Shown: positions 9,689 to 19,285 of the stretch, piece by piece
Position numbering within the stretch: position 1 is the first letter of the stretch
Layout of the letters: each line of letters begins with the position of its first letter
Assembly (NCBI GenBank): GCA_028290545.1
Contig: JAQGJP010000041.1
Location: forward strand, 28,899 to 92,898
DNA length: 64,000 nt
Reading direction: 5' to 3'
Source: Rhizobium sp.
GTDB lineage: Bacteria; Pseudomonadota; Alphaproteobacteria; Rhizobiales; Rhizobiaceae
Made by a program: the position numbers and the translations under genes
Notes under the pieces: generated by a model
What the model was told of the DNA's origin: nothing
What the model saw: the letters and a program-made list of their open reading frames with translations, nothing else
Databases searched by the model: none

Positions 9689-10657
9689 ATGAAAAGCCTT
9701 TCGGATCTGAAATCGATGCTCGCCGCCGGATGGGTACAGGGCGCCATTCCGCCGGCATTGCTGGTGCTGCTGATCCTGATCGTCGAAATCGGCTCGCCGG
9801 GCTTCCTGACCGGAGAAACGCTATCGCTGCTGCTTTCCAACACGGCCGTGCTGTTCATCCTTGCCTGCGGCGTCACCTTCGTGATCCTGATCGGCGGCAT
9901 CGACCTGTCGATCCAGTCGGTGGCTTCGCTTGCCAGCGTCATTCTGGCGCAGCTTCTGCCGTCACTGGGGATGCTGGCATTTCCGATAGCGATCCTGGCT
10001 GGTCTTGCCTTCGGCATCCTGAGCGGCGTCGTGCATGTGCGGCTGAAAGTACCGTCCTTCGTCGCAACGCTTGCGACCGGCGGCGTGGTCGCTGGCATCG
10101 CGCTCTGGAGCGCCGAGGGGCGGGCGATCACAATCGAGGAAGCGGGACGCGCCAATACATCCTGGATCAATGAAAACGTCGCCGGCATGCCGGTGGTGGC
10201 CATCATCGCCGTCATTGTCGGGATCGTCGCCTTCCTGGCGCTGCGTTATACCCGGTTTGGACGGCATAGCCTTGCCGTTGGCGCGGGTGAACCGGCGGCG
10301 ATTGCGGCCGGCATCAATGTCGATCGCACCAAGATTATCGCTTTCGCAGTCTCCGGAACGCTCGCGGCCATTGCCGGCGTGATCCTCGCCGCCCGGCTGT
10401 CGAGCGGTTCGCCGAGCCTCGCCAATCAGCTGCTGCTGCCGGCTATCGCAGCTGTGATCGTCGGCGGCACGGCGATCACCGGCGGTCTCGGTGGCGTGGC
10501 GCGGACGGCGGTCGGCGCGCTGATCATCTCGATCGTGCGGATCGGCATGACCTTTGTCGGCGTTAACATCTTCTTCGAGAATGTGATTTTCGGCGCGGTG
10601 CTGATTCTCGCGGTGGCGATCACCATCGACCGCAGCAAGATTGCGATCATCAAATGA
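9689..10657 (+). CDS. Second sugar ABC transporter permease
   Basis: GGIDLSI, VPSFVATL, TRFGRH and VIVGGTAITGG motifs. Confidence 0.92.
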   Translation: MKSLSDLKSMLAAGWVQGAIPPALLVLLILIVEIGSPGFLTGETLSLLLSNTAVLFILACGVTFVILIGGIDLSIQSVASLASVILAQLLPSLGMLAFPIAILAGLAFGILSGVVHVRLKVPSFVATLATGGVVAGIALWSAEGRAITIEEAGRANTSWINENVAGMPVVAIIAVIVGIVAFLALRYTRFGRHSLAVGAGEPAAIAAGINVDRTKIIAFAVSGTLAAIAGVILAARLSSGSPSLANQLLLPAIAAVIVGGTAITGGLGGVARTAVGALIISIVRIGMTFVGVNIFFENVIFGAVLILAVAITIDRSKIAIIK

Positions 10658-10728
10658 GCGCGCCGCATCGGAAGACGAACCGCATGGGTCGGAGCCGCGC
10701 TGGATGGCGCGGCACCGGAAGCAATAGC

Positions 10729-11133
10729 TCACATCGTGTCGAGGCCGATCAACTCGATCTTGTAGCCGTCGGGATCCTCGATGAAGGCGATATGGGTGGT
10801 GCCGTGCAGCATCGGACCCGGCGGGCGGGGGATTTTGGCGCCCTGCTTTTCCAGCGCGGCGCAGACGGCGTAGATATCGTTCACGCCAAGCGCCAGGTGC
10901 CCGAAGGCAGTGCCGAGATCATAGGGCTCTTCCCGTCCCCAGTTATAGGTCAGTTCGACGACACAATCGGTTTCCTCAGGACCGTAGCCGACGAAAGCGT
11001 TGGTGAATTTGCCGCCCGGATAATCGTCCCGGCGCAGCAGCTTCATGCCGAGCAATTCGGTGTAGAATTTGATCGACTTGTCCAGGTCCATGACCCGGAT
11101 CATTGTGTGCATCATGCGAAATTGTTCGCCCAT
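10729..11133 (-). CDS. gloA: Lactoylglutathione lyase (glyoxalase I), short E. coli-type
   Basis: MHTMIRV, VELTYNW, GTAFGHLAL and FIEDPDGYKIELI motifs; start at ATG 11133. Confidence 0.93.
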   Translation of the reverse strand: MGEQFRMMHTMIRVMDLDKSIKFYTELLGMKLLRRDDYPGGKFTNAFVGYGPEETDCVVELTYNWGREEPYDLGTAFGHLALGVNDIYAVCAALEKQGAKIPRPPGPMLHGTTHIAFIEDPDGYKIELIGLDTM

Positions 11134-11207
11134 TTTGCTTTCCTCCTGCAAGAGATCGTTTTTACACTGGGATTCGTAAACAGAGAAGCCGGGAAAGTGG
11201 CCAGTCG

Positions 11208-11246
11208 CTTGATGTTCGAAGCCAGAGTTGTATGATAACCATGCAA
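11208..11246 (+). promoter_or_regulatory. Sigma70-like promoter overlapped by a FadR-type operator
   Basis: CTTGAT-N17-TATGAT (11208-11236); 11226-11246 reverse-complements to TTGCATGGTTATCATACAACT, 17/21 identical to the 19676 site. Confidence 0.65.
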
Positions 11247-11293
11247 CAGGCCCAATTGTCCAGCCGGTATTTGATGCGAATGGAGCAAGTTTG

Positions 11294-12739
11294 ATGAATG
11301 CGCCGCCAACCGCTCAGGCCAAAGCTCTTGCCGCACTCGCAGCGGCAATGCCGGAGGGCACGCTTCTGACCGCCGATGGAGACGTCGAGCGCTACAGTCG
11401 CGATTGGACTGGCGATCATTACGGTCGGCCGCTCGCCGTCGCCCGGCCGCGAACGGTGGAGGACGTGAGTCTGCTGATGCGCCATTGCAGCGCCGGCGGC
11501 ATTCAAGTCGTTCCCCAGGGCGGATTGACGGGGCTGGTGGGAGCGGCCGTTGCCAGCCATCCGGCGGGAGAAGTGGTGGTCTCGCTGGAACGGATGAACA
11601 GGGTGCGCTCGGTCAATTCGATCGATTTTGCCATGGTCGTCGAAGCCGGCTGCATTCTCGAAGACGCGAAGAAGCAGGCGGAGGCTGCCGATTGCATCCT
11701 GCCGATCACCTTCGGCGCGCAGGGCAGTTGTCGGATTGGCGGCAATGTCGCCACCAATGCCGGCGGGTTCAATGTGCTGCGCTATGGCATGACCCGCGAC
11801 CTGGTGCTGGGGTTGGAAGTCGTGCTAGCCGATGGGCGCGTCTGGAACGGCCTGAAGACACTGCGCAAGGACAACAGCGGCTATGACCTCAAGCAGATTT
11901 TCATCGGCAGCGAGGGAACCCTCGGCATCATTACGGCTGCGGCGCTGAAGGTCTTTCCTAAGCCAACGCAGGTGGAAACAGCGCTGGTCGGCGTCGAATC
12001 CGTCGAAAAGGCGATGGAGCTTTATGCCCGCGCGCGGCGCGAGTGCAGCGATCTTCTGACCGCATTCGAGCTGATCCTGCGCGGCGGCATCGAGATCGCC
12101 ATCAACTCCCCCGGCAAGCTCGCCGATCCCCTGTCGCAGCCCTATCCCGTCTATGTGCTGATAGAAGCGTCTGCCGGCGGGAGAGTCGATCTGCGGTCCC
12201 TGCTCGAAGGCTTCCTCACGGATGCAGGTGATATCGTGCTCGATGGCGTTGTCGCCGCAAGCCGGGCGCAAGGCGAAAAACTCTGGCTGCTGCGCGAAAT
12301 GATGGTGGAATGGCAGGGTCGCGGCGGCCGTTATCTGCGCACCGATGTCTCGGTGCCGATTTCCAGCCTTGCTTCCTTCGTGTCCGAAGCGATCGAGGCA
12401 TTGGGCGAGAGCCATCCCGAAGCCCTGCCGGTAACCTACGGCCATGTCGGCGACGGCAATATCCACCTCAACGTCGTGCCGCCCGAACATATGGGGCCGG
12501 ATGCGGTGGAGACGCTGTTCCATGCGACCGAAAAAATCATCTTCGACGTCATCGACCGGCATGGTGGCTCGATCAGCGCCGAGCATGGCATCGGCAAAGT
12601 CAAGCAACAGGCATTCCTAGAACGCGCCGATCCGGTGGCGCTCGACCTTGCCGGGCGGATCAAGGATGCGCTAGACCCCTCGAATATCTTGAGCGCGGGC
12701 CGGATCCTTGCTGCCAGGAGTATCAGTGGGAATGGGTAA
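11294..12739 (+). CDS. FAD-linked D-2-hydroxyacid dehydrogenase (D-lactate/D-2-hydroxyglutarate DH, GlcD/Dld2 family)
   Basis: PQGGLTGLVG, IGGNVATNAGG, KDNSGYDL, GHVGDGNIH and SAEHGIG motifs. Confidence 0.9.
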   Translation: MNAPPTAQAKALAALAAAMPEGTLLTADGDVERYSRDWTGDHYGRPLAVARPRTVEDVSLLMRHCSAGGIQVVPQGGLTGLVGAAVASHPAGEVVVSLERMNRVRSVNSIDFAMVVEAGCILEDAKKQAEAADCILPITFGAQGSCRIGGNVATNAGGFNVLRYGMTRDLVLGLEVVLADGRVWNGLKTLRKDNSGYDLKQIFIGSEGTLGIITAAALKVFPKPTQVETALVGVESVEKAMELYARARRECSDLLTAFELILRGGIEIAINSPGKLADPLSQPYPVYVLIEASAGGRVDLRSLLEGFLTDAGDIVLDGVVAASRAQGEKLWLLREMMVEWQGRGGRYLRTDVSVPISSLASFVSEAIEALGESHPEALPVTYGHVGDGNIHLNVVPPEHMGPDAVETLFHATEKIIFDVIDRHGGSISAEHGIGKVKQQAFLERADPVALDLAGRIKDALDPSNILSAGRILAARSISGNG

Positions 12740-12742
12740 TCG

Positions 12743-13462
12743 ATGGTGTTGAAACTCGACAAGGTCAATCGCGGACCACATCTCTCGACACTGGTTGCGA
12801 GTTCCATTTCGCGTGAAATCGCGGAAGGACGGCTGAAGCCGGGCGATCAGTTGCCGACCGAACAGGCGCTGGCGCAGACCTTCGGCGTCAGCCGCAACGT
12901 GGTGCGCGAGGCAATCGCGCGGCTGAGATCGGAGGGCCGCATCTGGTCGCAGCAGGGGCGCGGTGCCTTCGTGACGGACGCCACCAATACCACTGTGCTG
13001 ACGATCGATTACGACGCCCTGCAGCAGGCCAATGCCTTCCGCAGCCTGTTCGAGCTGCGCGGTATTCTGGAGGTGGAAGCCGCATCCCTGGCGGCGAAAC
13101 GTCGGACAGAGAGCGATATTGCCGCCATGCATGAGGCGCTGGATATCATGACCGGCGCGCCCTATGGCAGCGTCATGTGGCTGAAGACCGATCTCGAATT
13201 CCACCGCACCGTCGCCGCTGCCACGGGCAATCCCTATATGGTGCAGTTCCTGACTTTCGTCTCCGAACGGGTGCGCGACAGCATTCTCGCCGCCGGCAAC
13301 CAGCAGCGTTCCGACGATATGGCCAGCATCACGCTCGGCGAGCACCGCCGTATTCTCGAGGCGATCGAGGCCGGCAATCCGGAAGAGGCGCAAGCCGCCA
13401 TGCAGGATCATCTCGCCGGCGCCGCACATCGTGTCGGGCTGCCGGATATCAAGCCGGATTGA
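12743..13462 (+). CDS. GntR/FadR-family regulator
   Basis: LPTEQALAQTFGVSRNVVREA wHTH plus FCD domain (DLEFHR, EHRRI). Confidence 0.93.
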   Translation: MVLKLDKVNRGPHLSTLVASSISREIAEGRLKPGDQLPTEQALAQTFGVSRNVVREAIARLRSEGRIWSQQGRGAFVTDATNTTVLTIDYDALQQANAFRSLFELRGILEVEAASLAAKRRTESDIAAMHEALDIMTGAPYGSVMWLKTDLEFHRTVAAATGNPYMVQFLTFVSERVRDSILAAGNQQRSDDMASITLGEHRRILEAIEAGNPEEAQAAMQDHLAGAAHRVGLPDIKPD

Positions 13463-14129
13463 TTTTCAATGCCGACATGGTGTGGAGGATGCGCAGCGCG
13501 GCATTCGCTGCACCAAAACCGTTGTCGATATTGCAGACCGTCATGCCCTGCGCGCAGCTCGTCAGCATAGCGTTCAGCGCCGTGCGGCCGCCTTCGGTCG
13601 CCCCATAGCCCACCGATGTGGGGACGCCGATCAGCACGCCGGGTACAAGGCCGCCGAGGACGCTGGCGAGCGCCGCATCCATTCCCGCCACCGCAATGAC
13701 GATCGGATGCCGCCGAATTTCCTCGATCCGGTCCATCAGCCGCCAAAGGCCGGCGACGCCGACATCGGTGATCAGTGTCGCCTCAACGCCGGCATGCCTG
13801 AGCGCGCGAGCCGCTTCACGCGCCACCGGAGCATCGGACGTGCCGGCGGCGACGATGACCACCTGGCCGGTCGAGGTCACGGGCCGGAGCGGCCCGAAAA
13901 AGCCGGTGAGCGAGAGATCGCAATAGTCGATATCTCCGCCCAGCAGCGCGGGCAACGCAGCCAGCTTTTCAGCCGAAAGCCGCGTCAGCAGCAGCCCCGC
14001 TCCGCGTGCACGCGCCTGTTCGAGAATGGTGACGATCTGCGCAACCGACTTTCCGGCGCAGAACACCGCTTCATCCAGGCCAATCCGCTCGGCACGCGCG
14101 AAGTCGAACACCACATCCGACCCGCTCAT
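13449..14129 (-). CDS. larB: Nickel-pincer cofactor biosynthesis protein LarB (NaAD carboxylase/hydrolase)
   Basis: DFARAERIGLDEAVFCAGKS, AGTSD, DVGVAGLWRL, VPTSVGYG and NIDNGFGA motifs. Confidence 0.93.
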   Translation of the reverse strand: MSGSDVVFDFARAERIGLDEAVFCAGKSVAQIVTILEQARARGAGLLLTRLSAEKLAALPALLGGDIDYCDLSLTGFFGPLRPVTSTGQVVIVAAGTSDAPVAREAARALRHAGVEATLITDVGVAGLWRLMDRIEEIRRHPIVIAVAGMDAALASVLGGLVPGVLIGVPTSVGYGATEGGRTALNAMLTSCAQGMTVCNIDNGFGAANAALRILHTMSALKINPA

Positions 14130-14917
14130 GATTTCGGGCCTACGAAGGCGCTGCCATTGCGGTAGAGCTCAAAGCGGACCGGCCGGGCCGCAAGATGTGA
14201 CGGTAGTAAGCCGGCTATGAATTTAGATAGTAAGCTATGATCGTACAAATTCGAGTAACTCGCACGATCGAGTTCGATCACCACGCCATCACGGCGCACC
14301 CGGCAGCGCACGGTCTTCGGCCGGAGCTCCTGAGTGAGAAAATTCTCGACGGCGTGAATGGACTTCAGCACCTCGGGATCGATGGCGATGGTCGTCTCGA
14401 TGCGGCTCGAAAGACAGGGCGAAGCCGGCAGTTCGGCAAGATCGCCCAGGCCAAGATCGCGGGCCAGCGCCCGCACTGACGCCTTGTTCACTCGCGCTTC
14501 GAGATAGGGATGGCGGACGTGGTGATCGCGGGCGGCATCGAGCCCCGGCCGGTATTCGCCGAGATCATCGGTATTTGCGCCGGAGAGGATCTGGCGGTCG
14601 GTGAAGCGGGCGATCGTGCCGTAGAGGTTGGTCTTGCAGAAGAAGCAGCGGTTGACGGGATTGCTGCGGTAATTCTCGTCGGCCAATTCGTTGGCATCGA
14701 TCAGTCTGAGAGCCCAGCCTTCGCGCGTCGCCCATTCCTGCACGCGCGTGGTTGCTTCGGTCGGCACGGCGGGCGAGACGGCATGCATCACCGATATGGT
14801 CGATGGGCCGAGCAGCCGGTGGGCGAGCACGGCCAGCGTCATGGAATCGACGCCACCGCTGACGGCGATGGTCGAGGGGCCGATCGAGGAGAGAACGGTT
14901 TCTAGGGCGTTGCGCAT
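14126..14917 (-). CDS. larE: ATP-dependent sulfur transferase LarE
   Basis: PP-loop SGGVDS, NRCFFCK, DDLGEYRPG and PCLSSRI motifs. Confidence 0.92.
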   Translation of the reverse strand: MRNALETVLSSIGPSTIAVSGGVDSMTLAVLAHRLLGPSTISVMHAVSPAVPTEATTRVQEWATREGWALRLIDANELADENYRSNPVNRCFFCKTNLYGTIARFTDRQILSGANTDDLGEYRPGLDAARDHHVRHPYLEARVNKASVRALARDLGLGDLAELPASPCLSSRIETTIAIDPEVLKSIHAVENFLTQELRPKTVRCRVRRDGVVIELDRASYSNLYDHSLLSKFIAGLLPSHLAARPVRFELYRNGSAFVGPKS

Positions 14918-16197
14918 CACTCCTCCTCGTCTGTCAGCAGCACCGTATCGGCCAGATGGCGGATCTTCATCCGCTCGGCATTGCCCTTGATACCGGCGAC
15001 ATCGTCGGCTTCCAGTTTGACGGTTGGTCCGGAAGGACGCTTGACGCGTTTCAGGTTCAAAACATGACCGTCGTCCTCGACTGTGGCAAGCGAGCGCGTG
15101 AGCTTGCTGCGCGCGACGATGGAATGGCGGATGCCGATGGTCGTCGTCTCATCGAATGCCAATCTCAGGACGTGCTCCAGGGCATCCGGCTTCGCGAGGA
15201 TCCTCAGATGCGTCATCATCCGGCCCTTCTTGCCGAAAACCGACGCCTGAATGACATCGAGCACGGCAGGATGGGCGCGGAGTTGATCCACGGCATGGGC
15301 GAGATCCTCGCCGGTCTGGTCGTCGATCTCGCATTCGAGCACGGCGACCTGTTCCCGCTCGGCAAAAGCCGGTTCAGCGGTTTCGAAGGCCAGCACGCGC
15401 AGGCAATTGCTGATTCCCGGCATGCGCCTGGTGCCGAAGCCATGCGACGAACCCATGAGCTTGCGGGGAACGGGCTGGCTTCGGGTCCGCTCACAGAGAT
15501 AGCGCAGGATCGCCGCGCCGGTCGGGGTGACGCGCTCGCCGGCAATCCCGTCATCGATCGTCTCGAAGCCTTCCAGCATCAGCACGGTCGCCGGAGCAGG
15601 AACAGCCAGCAAGCCATGGGCGGTCTTCACCCGGCCGCTGCCGAGCGGGACAGGTCCGACTGTCCACCTGTTTGTAGCCAATTCCTTGATCAGCCACGAC
15701 GCGGCAATAATATCGGCGATCGAATCCCAGGCGCCGACCTCGTGGAATCGCACATCGTCCACCGGCATGCCATGCACATGTGCCTCGGCTTCCGCCAGCA
15801 GCGAGAAGATGCCGACCGCATGCCGCACCGTTTCGCGATCGAGCCCTGAGGTCACCAGCGCCTCGTGAATCAGCCGCCAGTCGGTGTGATCATGCGAATG
15901 CCCATGGTCGTGCCCGTCATCTTCATCGTGCCCATGATCATGACCGTGGTGGTCATGGTGGTGGTGATGCGCATGCGGATGTTGCCTGTCGGCACCGTGC
16001 TTGCGCACCAGGAACCTCTGGCCGGTGAGCACACCATCATTGTGGGCCAGACGCTCGAACTCGACATCCTCGATCAGCGGGCAGAGCGCCAGTGCCGCCC
16101 TGAGCCCGGTTTCGAGGTCAGGGCGCAGGTCGAGGATGGCGGCGGCGAACATGTCGCCGGCAATGCCGCCCACCGGATCGAGATGCAGTTCCAACAT
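14917..16197 (-). CDS. larC: Nickel insertase LarC (single continuous ORF)
   Basis: GGIAGDM, His-rich tract, FHEVGAWDSIAD, VTPTGAA, IDDQTGE, KKGR and ETTTIGIR motifs. Confidence 0.94.
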   Translation of the reverse strand: MLELHLDPVGGIAGDMFAAAILDLRPDLETGLRAALALCPLIEDVEFERLAHNDGVLTGQRFLVRKHGADRQHPHAHHHHHDHHGHDHGHDEDDGHDHGHSHDHTDWRLIHEALVTSGLDRETVRHAVGIFSLLAEAEAHVHGMPVDDVRFHEVGAWDSIADIIAASWLIKELATNRWTVGPVPLGSGRVKTAHGLLAVPAPATVLMLEGFETIDDGIAGERVTPTGAAILRYLCERTRSQPVPRKLMGSSHGFGTRRMPGISNCLRVLAFETAEPAFAEREQVAVLECEIDDQTGEDLAHAVDQLRAHPAVLDVIQASVFGKKGRMMTHLRILAKPDALEHVLRLAFDETTTIGIRHSIVARSKLTRSLATVEDDGHVLNLKRVKRPSGPTVKLEADDVAGIKGNAERMKIRHLADTVLLTDEEE

Positions 16198-16212
16198 GGC
16201 TTAGCCTCGCAT

Positions 16213-17124
16213 TCACTCGGCTGCTTTTGGCATATCCACGAGCGAAACGCCATTGGCGGCAGCGATCACATCCGACAGAGCCGGCACGAATGCCTCGCCG
16301 TGACCGGCGGCAACCGCGGTCGCGAAACTGTTGCGGACCGCTGCCCCCATCGGGTTGACGGCCCCGGATGCCTGGGCGAAGGACGCGAGATAGGACATGT
16401 CCTTGAGGGCATTGGCCATGGCGAAGCGCTGGGCATTCTCGTTGCGATTGAGCACGAAATCGAAAAACGCCTGGTAGAAGGAGCAATCCATGCGGCTGCC
16501 GCGCAGCACGCTGTCGAACACTTGCGGTGTCAAGCCGGCCTTGGCGCCGAGCATCAATGCTTCGGAATAGATCGCCGAATAGCCCATCGAAATGAAGTTG
16601 TTAAGAAGTTTCATCGTGTGGCCGGTGCCGACCGGTCCGGTGGGGATGACCCGTGCCGCGAAGGCCTCGAGGATCGGCAGGGCGCGAGCCACCACGTCGG
16701 GGGCGCCGCCGACCATGACGTCGAGCTTTCCCTCAGCCGCTTCTTTCGGCGTGCGGGCCAGCGGCGCGTCGACGAGGGTGATGCCCTGCGATGCGAGATC
16801 GGCCGCGAGCTGCGTGGTGACGGAGGGATTGGATGTCGAGCAATCCACGATCATCAGCGGCTTGCCCGCCGAGGTCAGTCCGTCCCTGCCGTTCACCACC
16901 TGATCGACCTGCGGCGAACCGGTGACGCAGAGCACGACGACATCGCTTTCCAACGCCAGCTCCCTTGGTGTCGCCGCTTCACGCGCTCCCTTGGCAAGGA
17001 GTGCGTCTATCTCATCCCGCTTCCTGTGGGCAAGCACCGTCAGCGGCCAGCCCTTGGCGAGAAGATTGCCGGCCATTCCCGAGCCCATGGCACCGACGCC
17101 GATAAAGCCGATCCGTTCTTTCAT
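16213..17124 (-). CDS. NAD(P)-dependent beta-hydroxyacid dehydrogenase family protein
   Basis: GFIGVGAMG, VDAPL and MKLLNN catalytic-Lys motif; GGGAGG RBS before ATG 17124. Confidence 0.88.
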   Translation of the reverse strand: MKERIGFIGVGAMGSGMAGNLLAKGWPLTVLAHRKRDEIDALLAKGAREAATPRELALESDVVVLCVTGSPQVDQVVNGRDGLTSAGKPLMIVDCSTSNPSVTTQLAADLASQGITLVDAPLARTPKEAAEGKLDVMVGGAPDVVARALPILEAFAARVIPTGPVGTGHTMKLLNNFISMGYSAIYSEALMLGAKAGLTPQVFDSVLRGSRMDCSFYQAFFDFVLNRNENAQRFAMANALKDMSYLASFAQASGAVNPMGAAVRNSFATAVAAGHGEAFVPALSDVIAAANGVSLVDMPKAAE

Positions 17125-17238
17125 TCCATCCTCCCGTTGCGCCATCTGGCGTCAGTTTTGCTTTTCTTGTTGCATTGCGTTAGCTAATTGAGATTGCAAA
17201 CCGGATCGCCGCCACAGCACGCAGGATTTTTGGACAAG

Positions 17239-17988
17239 ATGACGGAAAAGGACGCGACGCTGTTCAATACCATCCAGCAGATGCCGAACCTGCGCAGCGG
17301 CCTTGCCGATACATTGATTGCCCAGATCGAATCCGGCGATCTGAAGCCCGGCCAGCGCTTGCCGACCGAACAGGCGATCATGACGGCGACCGGCGTCAGC
17401 CGCACGGTGGTGCGCGAGGCGTTGGCGACATTGCGGGCCAAGGGCCTGATTACCACGCGGCAGGGGCTCGGGGCCTTCGTCGCCAACGACCCCAATCCGC
17501 GCTTCTTTTCCATCGTCCCCAATGATCTCGAATCGATCGATGAAGTGCTGAGCGTGCTGGAATTGCGGCTCGGCATCGAGGTCGAGGCGGCCGGGCTTGC
17601 TTCGCTGCGCCGCACGGACGAGGATATCGCCCGCATGCGGGAGCGGCTCGATGCGCTGGATGCGGCGGTCGAAGCCGGCGGCTACGGCTCGGAAGAGGAT
17701 TTCGCCTTCCACCGCTCGATCCTGGTCGCAACCCAGAACTCCTATTATGGGCGGCTGTTCGATACGTTCGGCAGCGCCATGGTGCCGCGCCAATGGGCGC
17801 GCCTCGACATAATGACATCCACTGAACGCCTGCGGCATGCGGCGCGCATGCGTCGCGAGCATCAGGCGATTTTCTCGGCGATCCGCGATGGCGACGAAGC
17901 TGCGGCACGCCGCAACCTGCGCAGCCATCTGACCAAGAGTGCGGCGCGGTTCGAGGATCTGCGTGACCGGGCCAATCGTTCGGGTTGA
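17239..17988 (+). CDS. Second GntR/FadR-family regulator
   Basis: LPTEQ...GVSRTVVREAL...QGLGAFV plus FCD domain. Confidence 0.92.
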   Translation: MTEKDATLFNTIQQMPNLRSGLADTLIAQIESGDLKPGQRLPTEQAIMTATGVSRTVVREALATLRAKGLITTRQGLGAFVANDPNPRFFSIVPNDLESIDEVLSVLELRLGIEVEAAGLASLRRTDEDIARMRERLDALDAAVEAGGYGSEEDFAFHRSILVATQNSYYGRLFDTFGSAMVPRQWARLDIMTSTERLRHAARMRREHQAIFSAIRDGDEAAARRNLRSHLTKSAARFEDLRDRANRSG

Positions 17989-17992
17989 CACT

Positions 17993-19285
17993 TCAGGCCA
18001 CATAGCGGGGAACGACATAGGGTCCCTCCGGAATGACGGCGACGGCGGGATCGCCGCTGCGGGCTATGCTTCGTTCGATAGCGCTACGGATATCATCGAT
18101 GACGGAGACCGCCGTCAGGTCACGATCGGCCGGTGAGAGGCCGGTCGTGTAGAGTTCAACGCGGCCCACCCGCATCGGCTTCAGCTGCATTTCCGTCTGC
18201 CATTCATCGATCTCCGCAAGGTTCTTGGCGGTGAGGGTGGCGAGAAAGCGTTCCGGCCCGAGTTCCACCAGCTTGGCCTGCGCCTCGCGGAATTCCGCCG
18301 AGCCAAACCCTTCCGAACATTCGGAGGCAATGATCAACGTGCCGCCCGGCTCGAGGATATCCAGTGGCGTCACCATGCCCTTGATCGTCTGGTAATAGGT
18401 CTTGTCGAGCGGATAGCCGGCCGACGAGGTGACGACCGTCGAGAACTTGCGCGGCATTTCGATCATGGTCGATGTGCTGACGAAATCCACTGCCGCCTGA
18501 TGGCTGGCGATGATCTCGCCAAACGTCACGCAGACGAGGTCGCGATCCTCGTCCAGCACGGTGTTGAGGCCATAGACCTCGCCCAGCATCTTGACGATTT
18601 CAAGCTGTTCCTCATGCAGGGGATTGCCGATCAGGTTGCACTGGACGGCAAGGGGATCTTCCATGAAGCGGGCCGAGTGGAAGGTGCGGATGGTTTCGTG
18701 ATGGGCAACGCCCGGCGCGATGACCTTGCGTCCGCCCGACCAGCCAGCCATGAAATGCGGCTCGACCAGACCGGTTGCGATGCGCAGATCGGCCTCTACG
18801 AACAGGCGGTCGAGCTTGACCGGGGTTTTCCTCGTGGGGGTGAAACCGAAATCCACATGCGCCGCCTCGTCGCGGGCATAGTGGTTTTCGACCCGGACAT
18901 GTTCGAGTACCCAGGGATCGCCGACCAGTTCGGCCAGTTCGTCGCCGAGATTGGGACGATGCAGGCCGGTCGCCACCAGCACGGAGATATTGGCGAGCGG
19001 AATGCCGGCAGTGGCCATGATCTCGATCATCGGCCGCAGAAACAGCCGGTTCGGCACCGGCCGGGTGATGTCGCAGATCAGAATGCAGGCGCTGTTGCGG
19101 CCTTTGGCGAGTTCGGAGAGCGGAGCCGCGTTGATCGGCTTGGCGAGCACATGAGATATTGCCGCGCGCGGATCGGCGATCTTCGGCAATTGCTGCTTGC
19201 GGATCAGCGTCGGCCTTGCCTCGCCGGGAAGTTCCAGCGGCAGGTGGCCGCGACCGTAGGAAATGTGGATTGTTTCCGTGCTCAT
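17993..19285 (-). CDS. larA: Nickel-pincer-dependent lactate racemase-family enzyme (LarA/LarAH)
   Basis: DITRP, ATGLHR, EPHFMAGWSGGRK (cofactor-tethering Lys), TFHS and YQTIKG motifs; start ATG 19285. Confidence 0.92.
   Translation of the reverse strand: MSTETIHISYGRGHLPLELPGEARPTLIRKQQLPKIADPRAAISHVLAKPINAAPLSELAKGRNSACILICDITRPVPNRLFLRPMIEIMATAGIPLANISVLVATGLHRPNLGDELAELVGDPWVLEHVRVENHYARDEAAHVDFGFTPTRKTPVKLDRLFVEADLRIATGLVEPHFMAGWSGGRKVIAPGVAHHETIRTFHSARFMEDPLAVQCNLIGNPLHEEQLEIVKMLGEVYGLNTVLDEDRDLVCVTFGEIIASHQAAVDFVSTSTMIEMPRKFSTVVTSSAGYPLDKTYYQTIKGMVTPLDILEPGGTLIIASECSEGFGSAEFREAQAKLVELGPERFLATLTAKNLAEIDEWQTEMQLKPMRVGRVELYTTGLSPADRDLTAVSVIDDIRSAIERSIARSGDPAVAVIPEGPYVVPRYVA

Noticed and set aside
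15880-15980. Repetitive CAT/CAC/GAT-type tract as a DNA repeat array
   Set aside because: It encodes the His-rich Ni-binding loop of LarC
17147-17162. Sigma54-like TGGCGTCAGTTTTGCT upstream of the second FadR gene
   Set aside because: GG-N10-GC spacing is correct, but the -24 element is imperfect and no enhancer-binding protein is nearby; plausibly chance
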